Source of the DNA: Bacteroidales bacterium
GTDB taxonomy: Bacteria; Bacteroidota; Bacteroidia; Bacteroidales; WCHB1-69
Assembly: GCA_045130275.1 (NCBI GenBank)
Contig: JBGUPL010000085.1
Location: 114 to 64,113 of the forward strand
Length of the DNA stretch: 64,000 nucleotides
Direction of reading: 5' to 3'
In this document: positions 55,701 through 63,568 of the stretch, piece by piece
Numbering within the stretch: the stretch's first letter is position 1
Layout of the letters: each line of letters starts with the position of its first letter
Position numbers and translations under genes: made by a program
The notes under the pieces: model-generated
What the model was told of the DNA's origin: nothing
Seen by the model: only the letters and a program-made list of their open reading frames with translations
Database searches by the model: none

Positions 55701-56001
55701 CTTCCAACCTGTTACCTAAAAGATCCATCGCATGCTGCACATCCTCGACACGGAGAGTATCATCCTGACTGGAAAAGAGGACCGCTATCTGGCTTTGGGT
55801 AGCGAACTGCTGGTAAACTTCCTGGTATTTACGGCTCTCGTCGCTGCGGGGCAGGAATTTGGCGATATCCTCCTCGTAGTGCACCCGCGTGGCCAAAAAA
55901 GCGAAGAGAGCGGTCAGGGAAAGAGCAAGAGCCAGCGTCAGCCAGCGCCGTTTCTCCAGAAAGTCGTATATTTTCAGAAAAAAATTCGTCATAATCGGCA
56001 T
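52759..56001 (-). CDS. fusion protein: MMPL/RND-type (12-TM) lipid exporter + C-terminal PlsC/LPLAT acyltransferase
   Basis: Two blocks of about 6 TM each separated by soluble loops over roughly aa 1-790. The C-terminal domain has HX4D (VANHQSHFD) and FPEGTRS acyltransferase motifs. ATG 56001 overlaps the upstream stop by 1 nt (TGATG). Confidence 0.8.
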   Translation of the reverse strand: MPIMTNFFLKIYDFLEKRRWLTLALALSLTALFAFLATRVHYEEDIAKFLPRSDESRKYQEVYQQFATQSQIAVLFSSQDDTLRVEDVQHAMDLLGNRLEESGLVENLTVTVDETQVFDLMDAVYAHLPYLLEESDYQRIDSLIKTPDIIHERLKSDKQMLMFPTSGVFMRTLPSDPLQLFSPTLERLHSLKLNDALQVVDGYLFTSDGKHGILTFDSPYGANESFHNGQLSKHLDSLMAEVQSECPGVAVAAIGAPLISASNANQIKRDSILAVSIAIVLILLILLLHYRRISDILWVGASILFGALFSLAGLYLIRGGVSVIVLGIGSVIIGIVANYPLHFLDQYKEVGNRREALREMVMPLFIGNLTTVAAFFCLLWLDARAMQDLGLFASLMLLGTILFVLVFLPQLMRRRPSPSEHRLFGRWAGLHLSRTKASPWILLVGLVITVILGYFSTKTSFDSDLSNINYMTPSQRENAQVLSSLQSSDMMYAVTEGASLQEAVDRHDSMMTILRGCDAVASVSGVGEMLPSRRRCEEAAARWNAFWQEESRKAFLREFQQAASAHGFSEEAFQPFFSMVAEPCEIPDIQEFNDIVEPFTNKYIYPVGDKGYRIISYVKTDDQKAVHELLDGDETAFVFSGSDVGQQLVDMLRDSFNYIGLVCSLVVFVFLLVSFRRLELALLAFLPLAVGWIWILGLMHLTGIQFNIVNIILATFIFGQGDDYTIFITEGLLYEYTTGKPRLASYKHSVVISALIMFAGIGCLIVAKHPALRSLALVTIIGMATVVMMSSFLPPVVFDWLTKKNGQPRETPITLRRLVNTIFLGFCFLLLFLWLIPFTAVYFLLGKNSEAKKLKYHTMLHRMAVFYLKHLPGIRFRMENLSSETFDKPAVIVANHQSHFDLVCMMALTPKIVFMTNDWVWRNPFYGLVIRKAECYPASDGMDQNMPRLRDLYNRGYSICIFPEGTRSPQCEILRFHKGAFVLARELGADILPVFLHGTGHVLPKDELMLREGEMCLEVAERCRPYENVTADTESEKDRLVTKQMRQYYISHYEKIREQLETPGYWRYFLKYQNYYRLNG

Positions 56002-57209
56002 CACTTCACCAGCTTCACCGCCTCCGAAACGGGGATTTTCTGCTCGCCTTTGAAAGCGATGATGAAGGCATCGGGATACTTCGACTTTATTTCGCTAAGG
56101 ATTGTTTTGGCCGCCTGCAGGGTGGTTTCGCTGCCAGCGGTGTATTTCCAAAGTCCACCTTCGTAAAAGCGGTTCACGTGGGGAATGTTCTTGAACCGTT
56201 TGTCATTGACGGCAATCTTTTCCGGAACTGCCATGAACTGCACCATAAAACGAACACCGTCGGGATCGGCCACCGTTTTTGTCACCGAGGCTTTTTCGTC
56301 AACCAGCTTCTTATCTGATTGATTATCAGCATTATTATCATTGCCGTTATCATGACTGGACGAAGTTACGTCATTTTTACTTTCAACAGAATTATCATTG
56401 TTTACTGAAGGAGTAACGTCCGGAGTGTCTGAATTATTGCCTGTGATCTGCAAATAATAGGAAGAAAAAGCGCGGTATATTGCTCCGGCGATTTCTTTTT
56501 TATGCTGTTCATCATTGAGGTAGTTCTCTTCAGTAGGATTGGAGAGAAAGCCCATCTCTATGAGGATGCTGGGCATGGAGACAGACCAGAGCACCCAGTA
56601 GGGGGCCTGTTTGACACCGCGGTTGAGCAAGTGGGTGGTGGCGACAAGGTTTTTCTGCACTTTGTCGGCCAACAGGATGGAATTGTTGAGGTATGCCGAC
56701 GAGTAGAGGGAAAACATGACGGCGGATTCGGGGGAGTCGGGGTTGAATCCGGCATAATTGTCTTTGTATCCCTCCTCTTTGAGCATGGCTGAGTTTTCGG
56801 CGCGGGCCACGGCAAGGTTTTGGGCCGATTTACTGAGACCCATCACATAGGTCTCGACACCGTGCGCGGAGTGGTTGTCATTGGCATTGCAGTGGAACGA
56901 GATGAAGAGGTCGGCGTGATGGCTGTTGGCGATTTTGGCCCGGTTGTAGAGTTCCACGAAGACATCCGTGCTGCGAGTGTATATCACCTTGACATTCGGG
57001 CAGTTATCGCTGATGAGTTTGCCTGTTTTTAGGGCGACGTCCAGGGCGACGTCCTTCTCCCGGGAATAAGTGCCGAGGCAGCCGGGATCCTTTCCGCCGT
57101 GTCCTGCGTCAATCACCACCTTGAACGTTTTACCGTCTTTCTGGGCACTAACCGGCGGCATCAAAAAAATTATGAACAGATATACTAAGAAAAATATTTT
57201 CGAGTTCAT
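56001..57209 (-). CDS. N-acetylmuramoyl-L-alanine amidase (Amidase_3, AmiC-like) with C-terminal SPOR domain
   Basis: VVIDAGHGGKDPG...FISFHCNA...LIEMGFLSNPTEE Amidase_3 motifs, N/D/S-rich linker, C-terminal SPOR-like FMVQFMAV...GLWKYTAG. Confidence 0.85.
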   Translation of the reverse strand: MNSKIFFLVYLFIIFLMPPVSAQKDGKTFKVVIDAGHGGKDPGCLGTYSREKDVALDVALKTGKLISDNCPNVKVIYTRSTDVFVELYNRAKIANSHHADLFISFHCNANDNHSAHGVETYVMGLSKSAQNLAVARAENSAMLKEEGYKDNYAGFNPDSPESAVMFSLYSSAYLNNSILLADKVQKNLVATTHLLNRGVKQAPYWVLWSVSMPSILIEMGFLSNPTEENYLNDEQHKKEIAGAIYRAFSSYYLQITGNNSDTPDVTPSVNNDNSVESKNDVTSSSHDNGNDNNADNQSDKKLVDEKASVTKTVADPDGVRFMVQFMAVPEKIAVNDKRFKNIPHVNRFYEGGLWKYTAGSETTLQAAKTILSEIKSKYPDAFIIAFKGEQKIPVSEAVKLVK

Positions 57210-57226
57210 ATCATTCGATATTTTGA

Positions 57227-57234
57227 TTATCTTT
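57227..57234 (+). promoter_or_regulatory. -7 box TATCTTTG
   Basis: Exact TAnnTTTG about 100 nt upstream of ATG 57335 (49 nt before the alternative TTG 57284). Confidence 0.4.
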
Positions 57235-57249
57235 GCTGATTTTTTCGCG

Positions 57250-57257
57250 CAAAATTA
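57250..57257 (-). promoter_or_regulatory. -7 box TAATTTTG (minus strand)
   Basis: The plus strand reads CAAAATTA; 40 nt upstream of the amidase ATG 57209. Confidence 0.45.
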
Positions 57258-57334
57258 ATAATATTGACTTAAGGAAATACTGATTGATTAAAAAAATATA
57301 CACATCGGATTTTTCATATTTCTGCAAGCTGATT

Positions 57335-59893
57335 ATGGTGTTCATATTCAGCGGGTTGTGTATATTTGCCTCCGCGCAGGACGTAAGACGGCGCCGTCCG
57401 CCGAGATCCACTTCCGACACGGCAAGGGTCAGCATCCTGAATCCGGGACAAGTTCCAGACAGCATCATCGCAAGCCAACATTCTCCAAAAGTGATCTCCG
57501 TCAACGCCATCTCCTCAGTGGTGGAGTACAGTGCCCGCGACTCGGTGGTGAATGACCTTCAGAACCGGCGCACCTACCTTTTCGGCGATGCATTGGTGCA
57601 TTACGAAGACATGGAGCTGCGTGCCGACTACATCGAGATCGATTTCAAGCGCAACGAGTTGTATGCCTGCGGCGTGGCCGACTCCAACGGCACACTGACC
57701 GGCAACCCCGTCTTCAGCCAGCAAGGAGAGAACTACCGGGCCCGGGAAATCATGTATAATTTCACCACTAAAAAGGGCAAGATCACCCATGTGATCACCA
57801 CGCAGGACGACGGATTCATCCATGGTGAGCAGGTGAAGAAAATGGGCGACAACGTGGCCTATATCAAGCGGGGCAAATACACGACCTGCGAGCTGGAGGA
57901 CCCGCATTTCGAGATTGCCTTCTCCAAAGCAAAGGTCATCCAGCACGACAAGATTCTCATCGGGCCGGCCTACCTGAGTTTCACGGGGGTGCCCACCCCG
58001 CTGGCCCTCCCTTTCGGGTTCTTCCCGCTTGACGCGCAGCATAAGTCCGGTTTGGTGATGCCTTCCATCGGACAGGCGGGCACACTGGGGTTCTATCTCC
58101 GAGATCTGGGCTTTTACTTTGCCATCAACGACAACATCGACCTGCTGCTCTCGGCCGACCTCTACACGCGCGGCAGCTGGGCGCTGAAAGCAAAGTCCAA
58201 CTACGTGTACCGCTACAAATGCAACGGATTGGTGGAATTGGCCTTCGCACGTTCACTCACCGGCGACCGCATTGACACGGCGAATTACAAAAAGAGCAAC
58301 AACTTCAAGATCTATTGGGACCACAAACAGGACAACAAGTCGCACCCGCGCACCCGTTTCAACGCGCACATCGACATGCAGAGTGCCAACTATGCCCGCT
58401 ACAACATGACCTCCGCCAACGACTATCTCTCCAACCAGTTCACCTCTTCGGTCTCCTTCTCCACCTCCGCTGCCGATGTCTTCTTTTTCGACGCCGGCAT
58501 TTCATACTCGCAGAACACCGGGACGCACACCGTCAACCTGAAACTGCCCAACATCAACATGTCCGTGGCACAGTTCTACCCTTTCCGGAAGAAGGACAAA
58601 ATCGGCAAATTGAAATGGTACGACAACATCTCCATGAAATGGACCTCCCAGCTGGTGGGGCAGGTGAACACCATCGACTCCCTGTTTCTCAAGCCAATCA
58701 CGTGGCAGCAGTTCGAGACGGGGATGATGCACACCATCCCGCTCACCATTCCCATCAAGATCGCGAAGACCATCAACTGGAACACCTCCATCACGCTCAC
58801 TGAAAAATGGTACTTGCAGCATTACACCCGCGACATGGTTTGGGACACCACCATTGCCGAGATGCCCGTACTGCACCAGTATTTCAACCGCAAGTTCGGT
58901 GCCGTCCACGACCTGAACGTTTCCTCCAACCTGACCACCAAGGTCTATGTGATGTACGTGTTCAAGAATGGAGGCGCCGTCAGGCACATCATCACCCCGA
59001 CGCTGAATTTCACTTTCCAGCCGATGCTCAACGGGCGCAACACCGCGCAATACGTCAACCCGATGACCGGGGAGTTGGTGAATTACACCTATTACGACAA
59101 TTCTATTTTCGGGAGCGGTAACAACCGGATGACCGCCAGGGCGCAGATCTCTTTCGGCAACAACTTGGAAATCAAGGTTCGTTCGAAGAAAGACACCATA
59201 ACGGGGCTTAAGAAAGTGCCTATCATCGACAACTTCAACATCTCAATGTATTACGACTTCGCTGCCGATTCCATGAAATGGTCACTGCTCACGATGTCGG
59301 GCCGAAGCACCCTCTTCAAGCACCTCTACCTCACCTACAGTTTCCTCTTCGACCCGTACAGCATCAACGAGAACGGGCGCCGGGTGAATGTCACCGAATG
59401 GGCGGCCAACCGACGTCTGCTGCGCTACTCATCAGGCACTTACAGTGTATCTCTCAATTACCGCATTGACCAGAGCACCTTCAAATCGAAAGATCCCGAG
59501 AGGCAGAAAGCGCGCCTGCCGTGGTCGCTTACTTTCAACTACACCTTCACCTACGGTATCAACGACAACCTCGACTATTATCGTCTTATATATCAATATC
59601 CTGACTTGAAGCCCTACACTCACAACATTGTCCACACGCTGGGAGTCGCCGGCGACATAAACATCACCAAAAAATGGCGATTTGGTTTCACCACTGGTTA
59701 TGATTTTGTACAGAAGTCCTTGTCATACACTTCGTTGGATTTCTATCGCGACATGCACTGCTGGGAAATGAGCTTCAACTGGATCCCGGTCGGATACCGC
59801 AAAGGATGGTCGTTCACCATCAATGTGAAGTCCTCAACGCTCCGCGATGTGCTGAAGTACAAGAAAGAGATGGATTTCCGCGACAACCTCTAA
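57335..59893 (+). CDS. LptD/OstA-like LPS-assembly outer-membrane protein
   Basis: Signal MVFIFSGLCIFASAQ. OstA-like N-terminal beta-jellyroll (YLFGDALVHYEDMELRADYIEIDF...) and a large C-terminal barrel. Typical Bacteroidota putative LptD. Confidence 0.65.
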   Translation: MVFIFSGLCIFASAQDVRRRRPPRSTSDTARVSILNPGQVPDSIIASQHSPKVISVNAISSVVEYSARDSVVNDLQNRRTYLFGDALVHYEDMELRADYIEIDFKRNELYACGVADSNGTLTGNPVFSQQGENYRAREIMYNFTTKKGKITHVITTQDDGFIHGEQVKKMGDNVAYIKRGKYTTCELEDPHFEIAFSKAKVIQHDKILIGPAYLSFTGVPTPLALPFGFFPLDAQHKSGLVMPSIGQAGTLGFYLRDLGFYFAINDNIDLLLSADLYTRGSWALKAKSNYVYRYKCNGLVELAFARSLTGDRIDTANYKKSNNFKIYWDHKQDNKSHPRTRFNAHIDMQSANYARYNMTSANDYLSNQFTSSVSFSTSAADVFFFDAGISYSQNTGTHTVNLKLPNINMSVAQFYPFRKKDKIGKLKWYDNISMKWTSQLVGQVNTIDSLFLKPITWQQFETGMMHTIPLTIPIKIAKTINWNTSITLTEKWYLQHYTRDMVWDTTIAEMPVLHQYFNRKFGAVHDLNVSSNLTTKVYVMYVFKNGGAVRHIITPTLNFTFQPMLNGRNTAQYVNPMTGELVNYTYYDNSIFGSGNNRMTARAQISFGNNLEIKVRSKKDTITGLKKVPIIDNFNISMYYDFAADSMKWSLLTMSGRSTLFKHLYLTYSFLFDPYSINENGRRVNVTEWAANRRLLRYSSGTYSVSLNYRIDQSTFKSKDPERQKARLPWSLTFNYTFTYGINDNLDYYRLIYQYPDLKPYTHNIVHTLGVAGDINITKKWRFGFTTGYDFVQKSLSYTSLDFYRDMHCWEMSFNWIPVGYRKGWSFTINVKSSTLRDVLKYKKEMDFRDNL

Positions 59894-59904
59894 TGTCAAG
59901 ACAA

Positions 59905-59927
59905 AAGGGCCATGGAATATGGGCCTT
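59905..59927. terminator. hairpin AAGGGCCAT-ggaat-ATGGGCCTT between convergent genes
   Basis: 8 of 9 positions paired, 5-nt loop. Confidence 0.45.
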
Positions 59928-59937
59928 AACGGGAATT

Positions 59938-60495
59938 TTACTCGAAGATTGCGATTTCCACTTCAAAATTATTATCCGAGACGGCTTCAACCCAACCGGC
60001 AAGGACACTTGTGGTTTCGGGATCGAGGAAGGCGCGCTCAACCGCCTGCAGCATCGTTCCTTGATCTTTTTCGGGAAGCAACAAAAAGCTGCTTTCCCCA
60101 TGATATTTGTTGCGAATGGAGATTTCTCCTGTCACAATATTGGGCAACGTATAGACGAACACAGAGGGTGACGGGTAAAACGACTCTTTGTCGGCAATGG
60201 TACGTTGGAACATACTGTCGGCGTGCAGGGAAGAATAGCGGTTGAAGAGGATAACGGCACGGTCGGCACGGGGCACGAAACGATCCCCTCCCTCTTGGGC
60301 CAACAGGATTTCTGATGCAATGAATCCGGCCTTACACAGGACATCCATCTTGAAAAACTTCGGATAGTCCAACTTAAATTTGCGATACAACTGCGTCAAA
60401 AAAGAATCCCCCTCGGCAGCCTCTGCCAAGCAATTCCCGTTCACCTCCAAGCTTTTCGGTGTCAATTTAACCCTATGTGTCACCTTCGATTCCAT
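59938..60495 (-). CDS. half-size ketosynthase-like protein (KS N-terminal-domain-only; CLF/ApeC-like partner candidate)
   Basis: 185 aa. SPSVFVYTLPNIVTGEISIRNKYHGES resembles the SPxxFxxSxxNxxxGxxSI motif of Ketoacyl-synt_2 proteins (memory only). No Cys-His-His triad. Confidence 0.45.
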   Translation of the reverse strand: MESKVTHRVKLTPKSLEVNGNCLAEAAEGDSFLTQLYRKFKLDYPKFFKMDVLCKAGFIASEILLAQEGGDRFVPRADRAVILFNRYSSLHADSMFQRTIADKESFYPSPSVFVYTLPNIVTGEISIRNKYHGESSFLLLPEKDQGTMLQAVERAFLDPETTSVLAGWVEAVSDNNFEVEIAIFE

Positions 60496-60545
60496 CTATT
60501 TCTTTCCGTTCATTGATCAATCATATATAAACATTCTTTTTTATG

Positions 60546-60578
60546 CTACCGAGCTCTTGTCCCTGTCAGGACTGCTCA
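60546..60578. repeat. 33-nt element, copy B (CTACCGAGCTCTTGTCCCTGTCAGGACTGCTCA)
   Basis: 26 of 33 identical to 26468..26500. The stem position C-G in copy A is T-A here (compensatory). Confidence 0.7.
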
Positions 60579-60600
60579 CGAGAAAAAACATCAACACCCC

Positions 60601-60638
60601 TTTAACCATTAACCTTTAACCATTAACCTTTAACCATT
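60601..60638. repeat. heptamer array TTTAACC ATTAACC x5 (minus strand GGTTAAT/GGTTAAA)
   Basis: The KS gene stop TAA (60630-60632) and its last codons (..VNG*) are inside the array. TAA falls in all three frames on both strands. Confidence 0.9.
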
Positions 60639-61778
60639 CACAAAAGCCGCTGCTGCGTTGCAACCGCCAAAGCCGGACAACAGTTTAACAAACGCAAATT
60701 TCTCAGTATCAATATTTTGAGAGCTCACTTTCACGGGTACGGAAACACCGAGTTCGTCATATCCGCGGGTAGCCGGCACTTTGTGGTCATCCAGGGCACG
60801 CATTGTGATCAATGTTTCCAGAACGCCTGCGGCGCCAAGCGTATGTCCATAATAGCCTTTCATGGCATTCACAGGCACATCGGCAAGCCCAGCCCGACCG
60901 ATGGCGATAGACTCCATCTCGTCGTTGTACAAAGTCGATGTTCCGTGCACATTCAGGCACGCCAAATCATCGGCTTTGAGCCCGCTTGATTGCAAGACAG
61001 TCTGCAATGCACGGAAACTGCCTTCACCGGTCCGCGACGGTCCAGAAATGTGGTTGGCATCGTTCCGGACGGCGCCGGCCAGCATTCTCCAGCCCGTGGC
61101 ATCGTCGGGCGCAACGGAATAGACCACGGTGGCGGCGGCCTCACCCAGGTTCAGGCCGTGCCGGTTCGCGCTGAACGGCCGGCACTGTTCGTCCGACAGG
61201 GCCTTCAGCGATTGGAACCCCGACACGATGAACGGCGAGAGCACATCCCCTCCGATGACCACGGCAGTGTCGTATTGTCCGGACACCAGGCAGCGATAGG
61301 CTTCAATCTGCGCACACAATCCAGAAATACAGGCATTCGAGACGGTCACCGGGACATTAGGATTTCCAAAATAACGGGCGATAAGTCGTGCGGAGGCCTC
61401 CGGGGAAATCCGGTCCAGATCGGGATCCTGCCCAGACAGATATTGGACATTTCCTTTTGTGGAGGAAAACACGAACAACAGTCTATCCGATGTTGTATCT
61501 ATCTCACATTGTTTCAATGCTTTAATAGCAGACAAAAGAGTGATTTTCTCGAATTTCGAAAGCGAGGTAAACGGAAGTTTGGCTTTATCCACCTCCGCCT
61601 GAAAGACCGTTTCCAGCGCTTCATCGTCGATAAGCGAAACAAAGCACGGGAATGGCATATCCCAAAGCGAGTCATAACGGCGCAGCGCGGAGCGGCCATT
61701 CATCACGGCCGTGTAATTCTCCTCCACCGAAAATCCGAGCGGAGACACTATATTTTCAGCTATCTTCTTGATTATCAT
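60630..61778 (-). CDS. beta-ketoacyl-ACP synthase (FabB/FabF-like, cluster-dedicated)
   Basis: Cys-His-His triad contexts SNACISG, NDANHISGP and VHGTSTLYND. ATGA overlap with the upstream dehydratase gene. Confidence 0.85.
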   Translation of the reverse strand: MIIKKIAENIVSPLGFSVEENYTAVMNGRSALRRYDSLWDMPFPCFVSLIDDEALETVFQAEVDKAKLPFTSLSKFEKITLLSAIKALKQCEIDTTSDRLLFVFSSTKGNVQYLSGQDPDLDRISPEASARLIARYFGNPNVPVTVSNACISGLCAQIEAYRCLVSGQYDTAVVIGGDVLSPFIVSGFQSLKALSDEQCRPFSANRHGLNLGEAAATVVYSVAPDDATGWRMLAGAVRNDANHISGPSRTGEGSFRALQTVLQSSGLKADDLACLNVHGTSTLYNDEMESIAIGRAGLADVPVNAMKGYYGHTLGAAGVLETLITMRALDDHKVPATRGYDELGVSVPVKVSSQNIDTEKFAFVKLLSGFGGCNAAAAFVNG

Positions 61779-62215
61779 GACTCAAGCCTTTCTCCCGATA
61801 GGGCAATCTTCATTTCAGTTGTGGCGATGCAGCGATCCCCCACAAACGATTCGGCGACAATGAGTTTCATATCCATCACTTCCTCCAAAATCCTCATTCG
61901 GGTGGTCAACGTCTCACCGACTTTCGGCACGGAATCTATATGCATCTTCTTCACCGAACCTATGTATCCTATTCTCACAGCGTCGTTGCCTGCAAGGTAT
62001 TTGTCTGCGAAACCGAGTTGGGCGGCGCAGGTCTGCGCGACATTTTCAATCAATGCATACGATTTCAGGGCACCGTTTTCCAAAAAAATATTCCCGTCAC
62101 GGACAACGAACTCGGTGGCGGCCGTTTTCAGGTCGGCATCAACGAGGCGGTCAACCATCAATATCGGCGGTCTCTGTGGCAAAAGGGTCTGTATGTCAAT
62201 ATCTTGCAGATTCAT
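61775..62215 (-). CDS. hotdog-fold 3-hydroxyacyl-ACP dehydratase (FabZ/FabA-like)
   Basis: LLPQRPPILMVDRL resembles FabZ LPHRYPFLLVD. ATG 62215 overlaps the acyltransferase stop by 1 nt (TGATG); the track start 62227 is TTG. Confidence 0.7.
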   Translation of the reverse strand: MNLQDIDIQTLLPQRPPILMVDRLVDADLKTAATEFVVRDGNIFLENGALKSYALIENVAQTCAAQLGFADKYLAGNDAVRIGYIGSVKKMHIDSVPKVGETLTTRMRILEEVMDMKLIVAESFVGDRCIATTEMKIALSGERLES

Positions 62216-63096
62216 CAAGATTTCCAAAATTCATAATAATTAAACCATTGTTCAGGATATTTCCGTACAACAGACTCGATATGGGAAGCATACCGCTGTG
62301 CCAAGTCCGCCGCCTTTTCTCTAGTCGTATTTTCCTGGCCTTCAATTTGTTCAATAAAAATATGGTACTTTTTGGCAGACTCTTTCATCACCTGGATGGA
62401 GAGCACGGCAAGATCGCGCTGTGCAGCCAGCACGAAAGGCCCGAGGGGGAAGTCAGCAGGCGCGCCGAAGAAATCGCAGGTGACTGTTTTCTGTCCCGAG
62501 ACCACCCGGTCGGAGGGTATGCTGACGCTCTCACCGTCACTCAAGGCGGTGTTCATCAAGAAAATGTGCGACATGTCATCCTTAACGGGGATCATCCGGA
62601 TATTGGTTTCGTCGAACATTTTCTGTCGGTTACGCATCACCGATTCCGCCTCGCCGGAGAAGACCAAGGCGTTGTAGCGTTTTTTGGTTGCCACCAGCGT
62701 GTAACCGGCGGCCTCGTAATTGCCGACGTGCGCGCTCAGGATCATGAAACCAGGCTCAGCACTGGCAAGCTGCTGGTAAAGATGGTAGTTATCGATTTCA
62801 AATTCGAATTTCCCGCCCGCATACATATAAAACCTGTCGAGGATGATCTGGGAGAAGCGGCGGAAATTGCGATAAACCCAGAAGAAAGATTTAACAGTGG
62901 AATACCCCAGGCGCTGCCTGAAGAAATGATACGTCGGCTTATAGCCTTTTGAGAAGAGGAAATAGAAAGGAACCACGAACACGGCGACGAAACCGTAGAT
63001 AAGGCGCAAAGGAATGATCCTCATCACCGCGACGAGGCCGTCATGCATCCAACTCGTGCCGTCGGTTTTCCCTTGCCAAGCCCGTTCTGCCGCCAT
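62215..63096 (-). CDS. LpxL/HtrB-family lipid A-type (lauroyl/Kdo-dependent-like) acyltransferase
   Basis: About 293 aa with an N-terminal TM. The SAHVGNYE motif context and overall length match the PF03279 family as I recall it. ATG 63096 lies 9 nt after the ACP stop. Confidence 0.65.
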   Translation of the reverse strand: MAAERAWQGKTDGTSWMHDGLVAVMRIIPLRLIYGFVAVFVVPFYFLFSKGYKPTYHFFRQRLGYSTVKSFFWVYRNFRRFSQIILDRFYMYAGGKFEFEIDNYHLYQQLASAEPGFMILSAHVGNYEAAGYTLVATKKRYNALVFSGEAESVMRNRQKMFDETNIRMIPVKDDMSHIFLMNTALSDGESVSIPSDRVVSGQKTVTCDFFGAPADFPLGPFVLAAQRDLAVLSIQVMKESAKKYHIFIEQIEGQENTTREKAADLAQRYASHIESVVRKYPEQWFNYYEFWKS

Positions 63097-63105
63097 GTGC
63101 AAAGA

Positions 63106-63348
63106 TTAGGCCACTTTGGAGGCAATATAATCGTAAAACTGACCGAGTGTCTTCACGGTTTTCATCTCCTCGGGCTTGATCTTGAACCCGAAAAGTTTCT
63201 CCACGATGACCACAATGTCCACAAAATCGAGGCTGTCGATGCCCAGATTTTCTTTCAGGAGAGCATCGGGATTCAATTTTTCCTCCTCAATCTCCAGCTC
63301 ATCGACCAGGAATGCGTTCACTTTATCTTCAATTTCGCTTCTATTCAT
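63106..63348 (-). CDS. acyl carrier protein (dedicated)
   Basis: 80 aa from ATG 63348; phosphopantetheine site LGIDSLDFVDIV. Confidence 0.85.
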   Translation of the reverse strand: MNRSEIEDKVNAFLVDELEIEEEKLNPDALLKENLGIDSLDFVDIVVIVEKLFGFKIKPEEMKTVKTLGQFYDYIASKVA

Positions 63349-63397
63349 TTCAAAAACAATCAATTATGTTTGACAATTTGGTTTCAAAAAACGGCGG

Positions 63398-63405
63398 CAA
63401 AGATA
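63398..63405 (-). promoter_or_regulatory. -7 box TATCTTTG (minus strand), candidate promoter of the ACP operon
   Basis: The plus strand reads CAAAGATA; 49 nt upstream of ATG 63348. Confidence 0.45.
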
Positions 63406-63484
63406 CGTAAAATTACCGAACCCTCCATCGTTTTTTTTCATGGTTTCCGATTTGTGGTTTACCGTTTCTCGCTCCATGCTAACT

Positions 63485-63505
63485 GAACATCGAACATCGA
63501 ATATT
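63485..63505. repeat. heptamer array GAACATC GAACATC GAATATT
   Basis: Read directly in the divergent ACP/PHP control region. Confidence 0.7.
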
Positions 63506-63542
63506 TTTCTGTCATACAAAGACAAATCAACGGTAAAAATTG

Positions 63543-63550
63543 TATTTTTG
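63543..63550 (+). promoter_or_regulatory. -7 box TATTTTTG
   Basis: Exact TAnnTTTG 18 nt upstream of ATG 63569. Confidence 0.45.
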
Positions 63551-63568
63551 CCCGCCAAATTCAAGCTG

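Noticed and set aside
60990-62243. 417-aa plus-strand ORF antisense to the KS and dehydratase genes
   Set aside because: The minus strand carries intact KS catalytic motifs and operon-style overlaps. The plus-strand product has no recognisable features.
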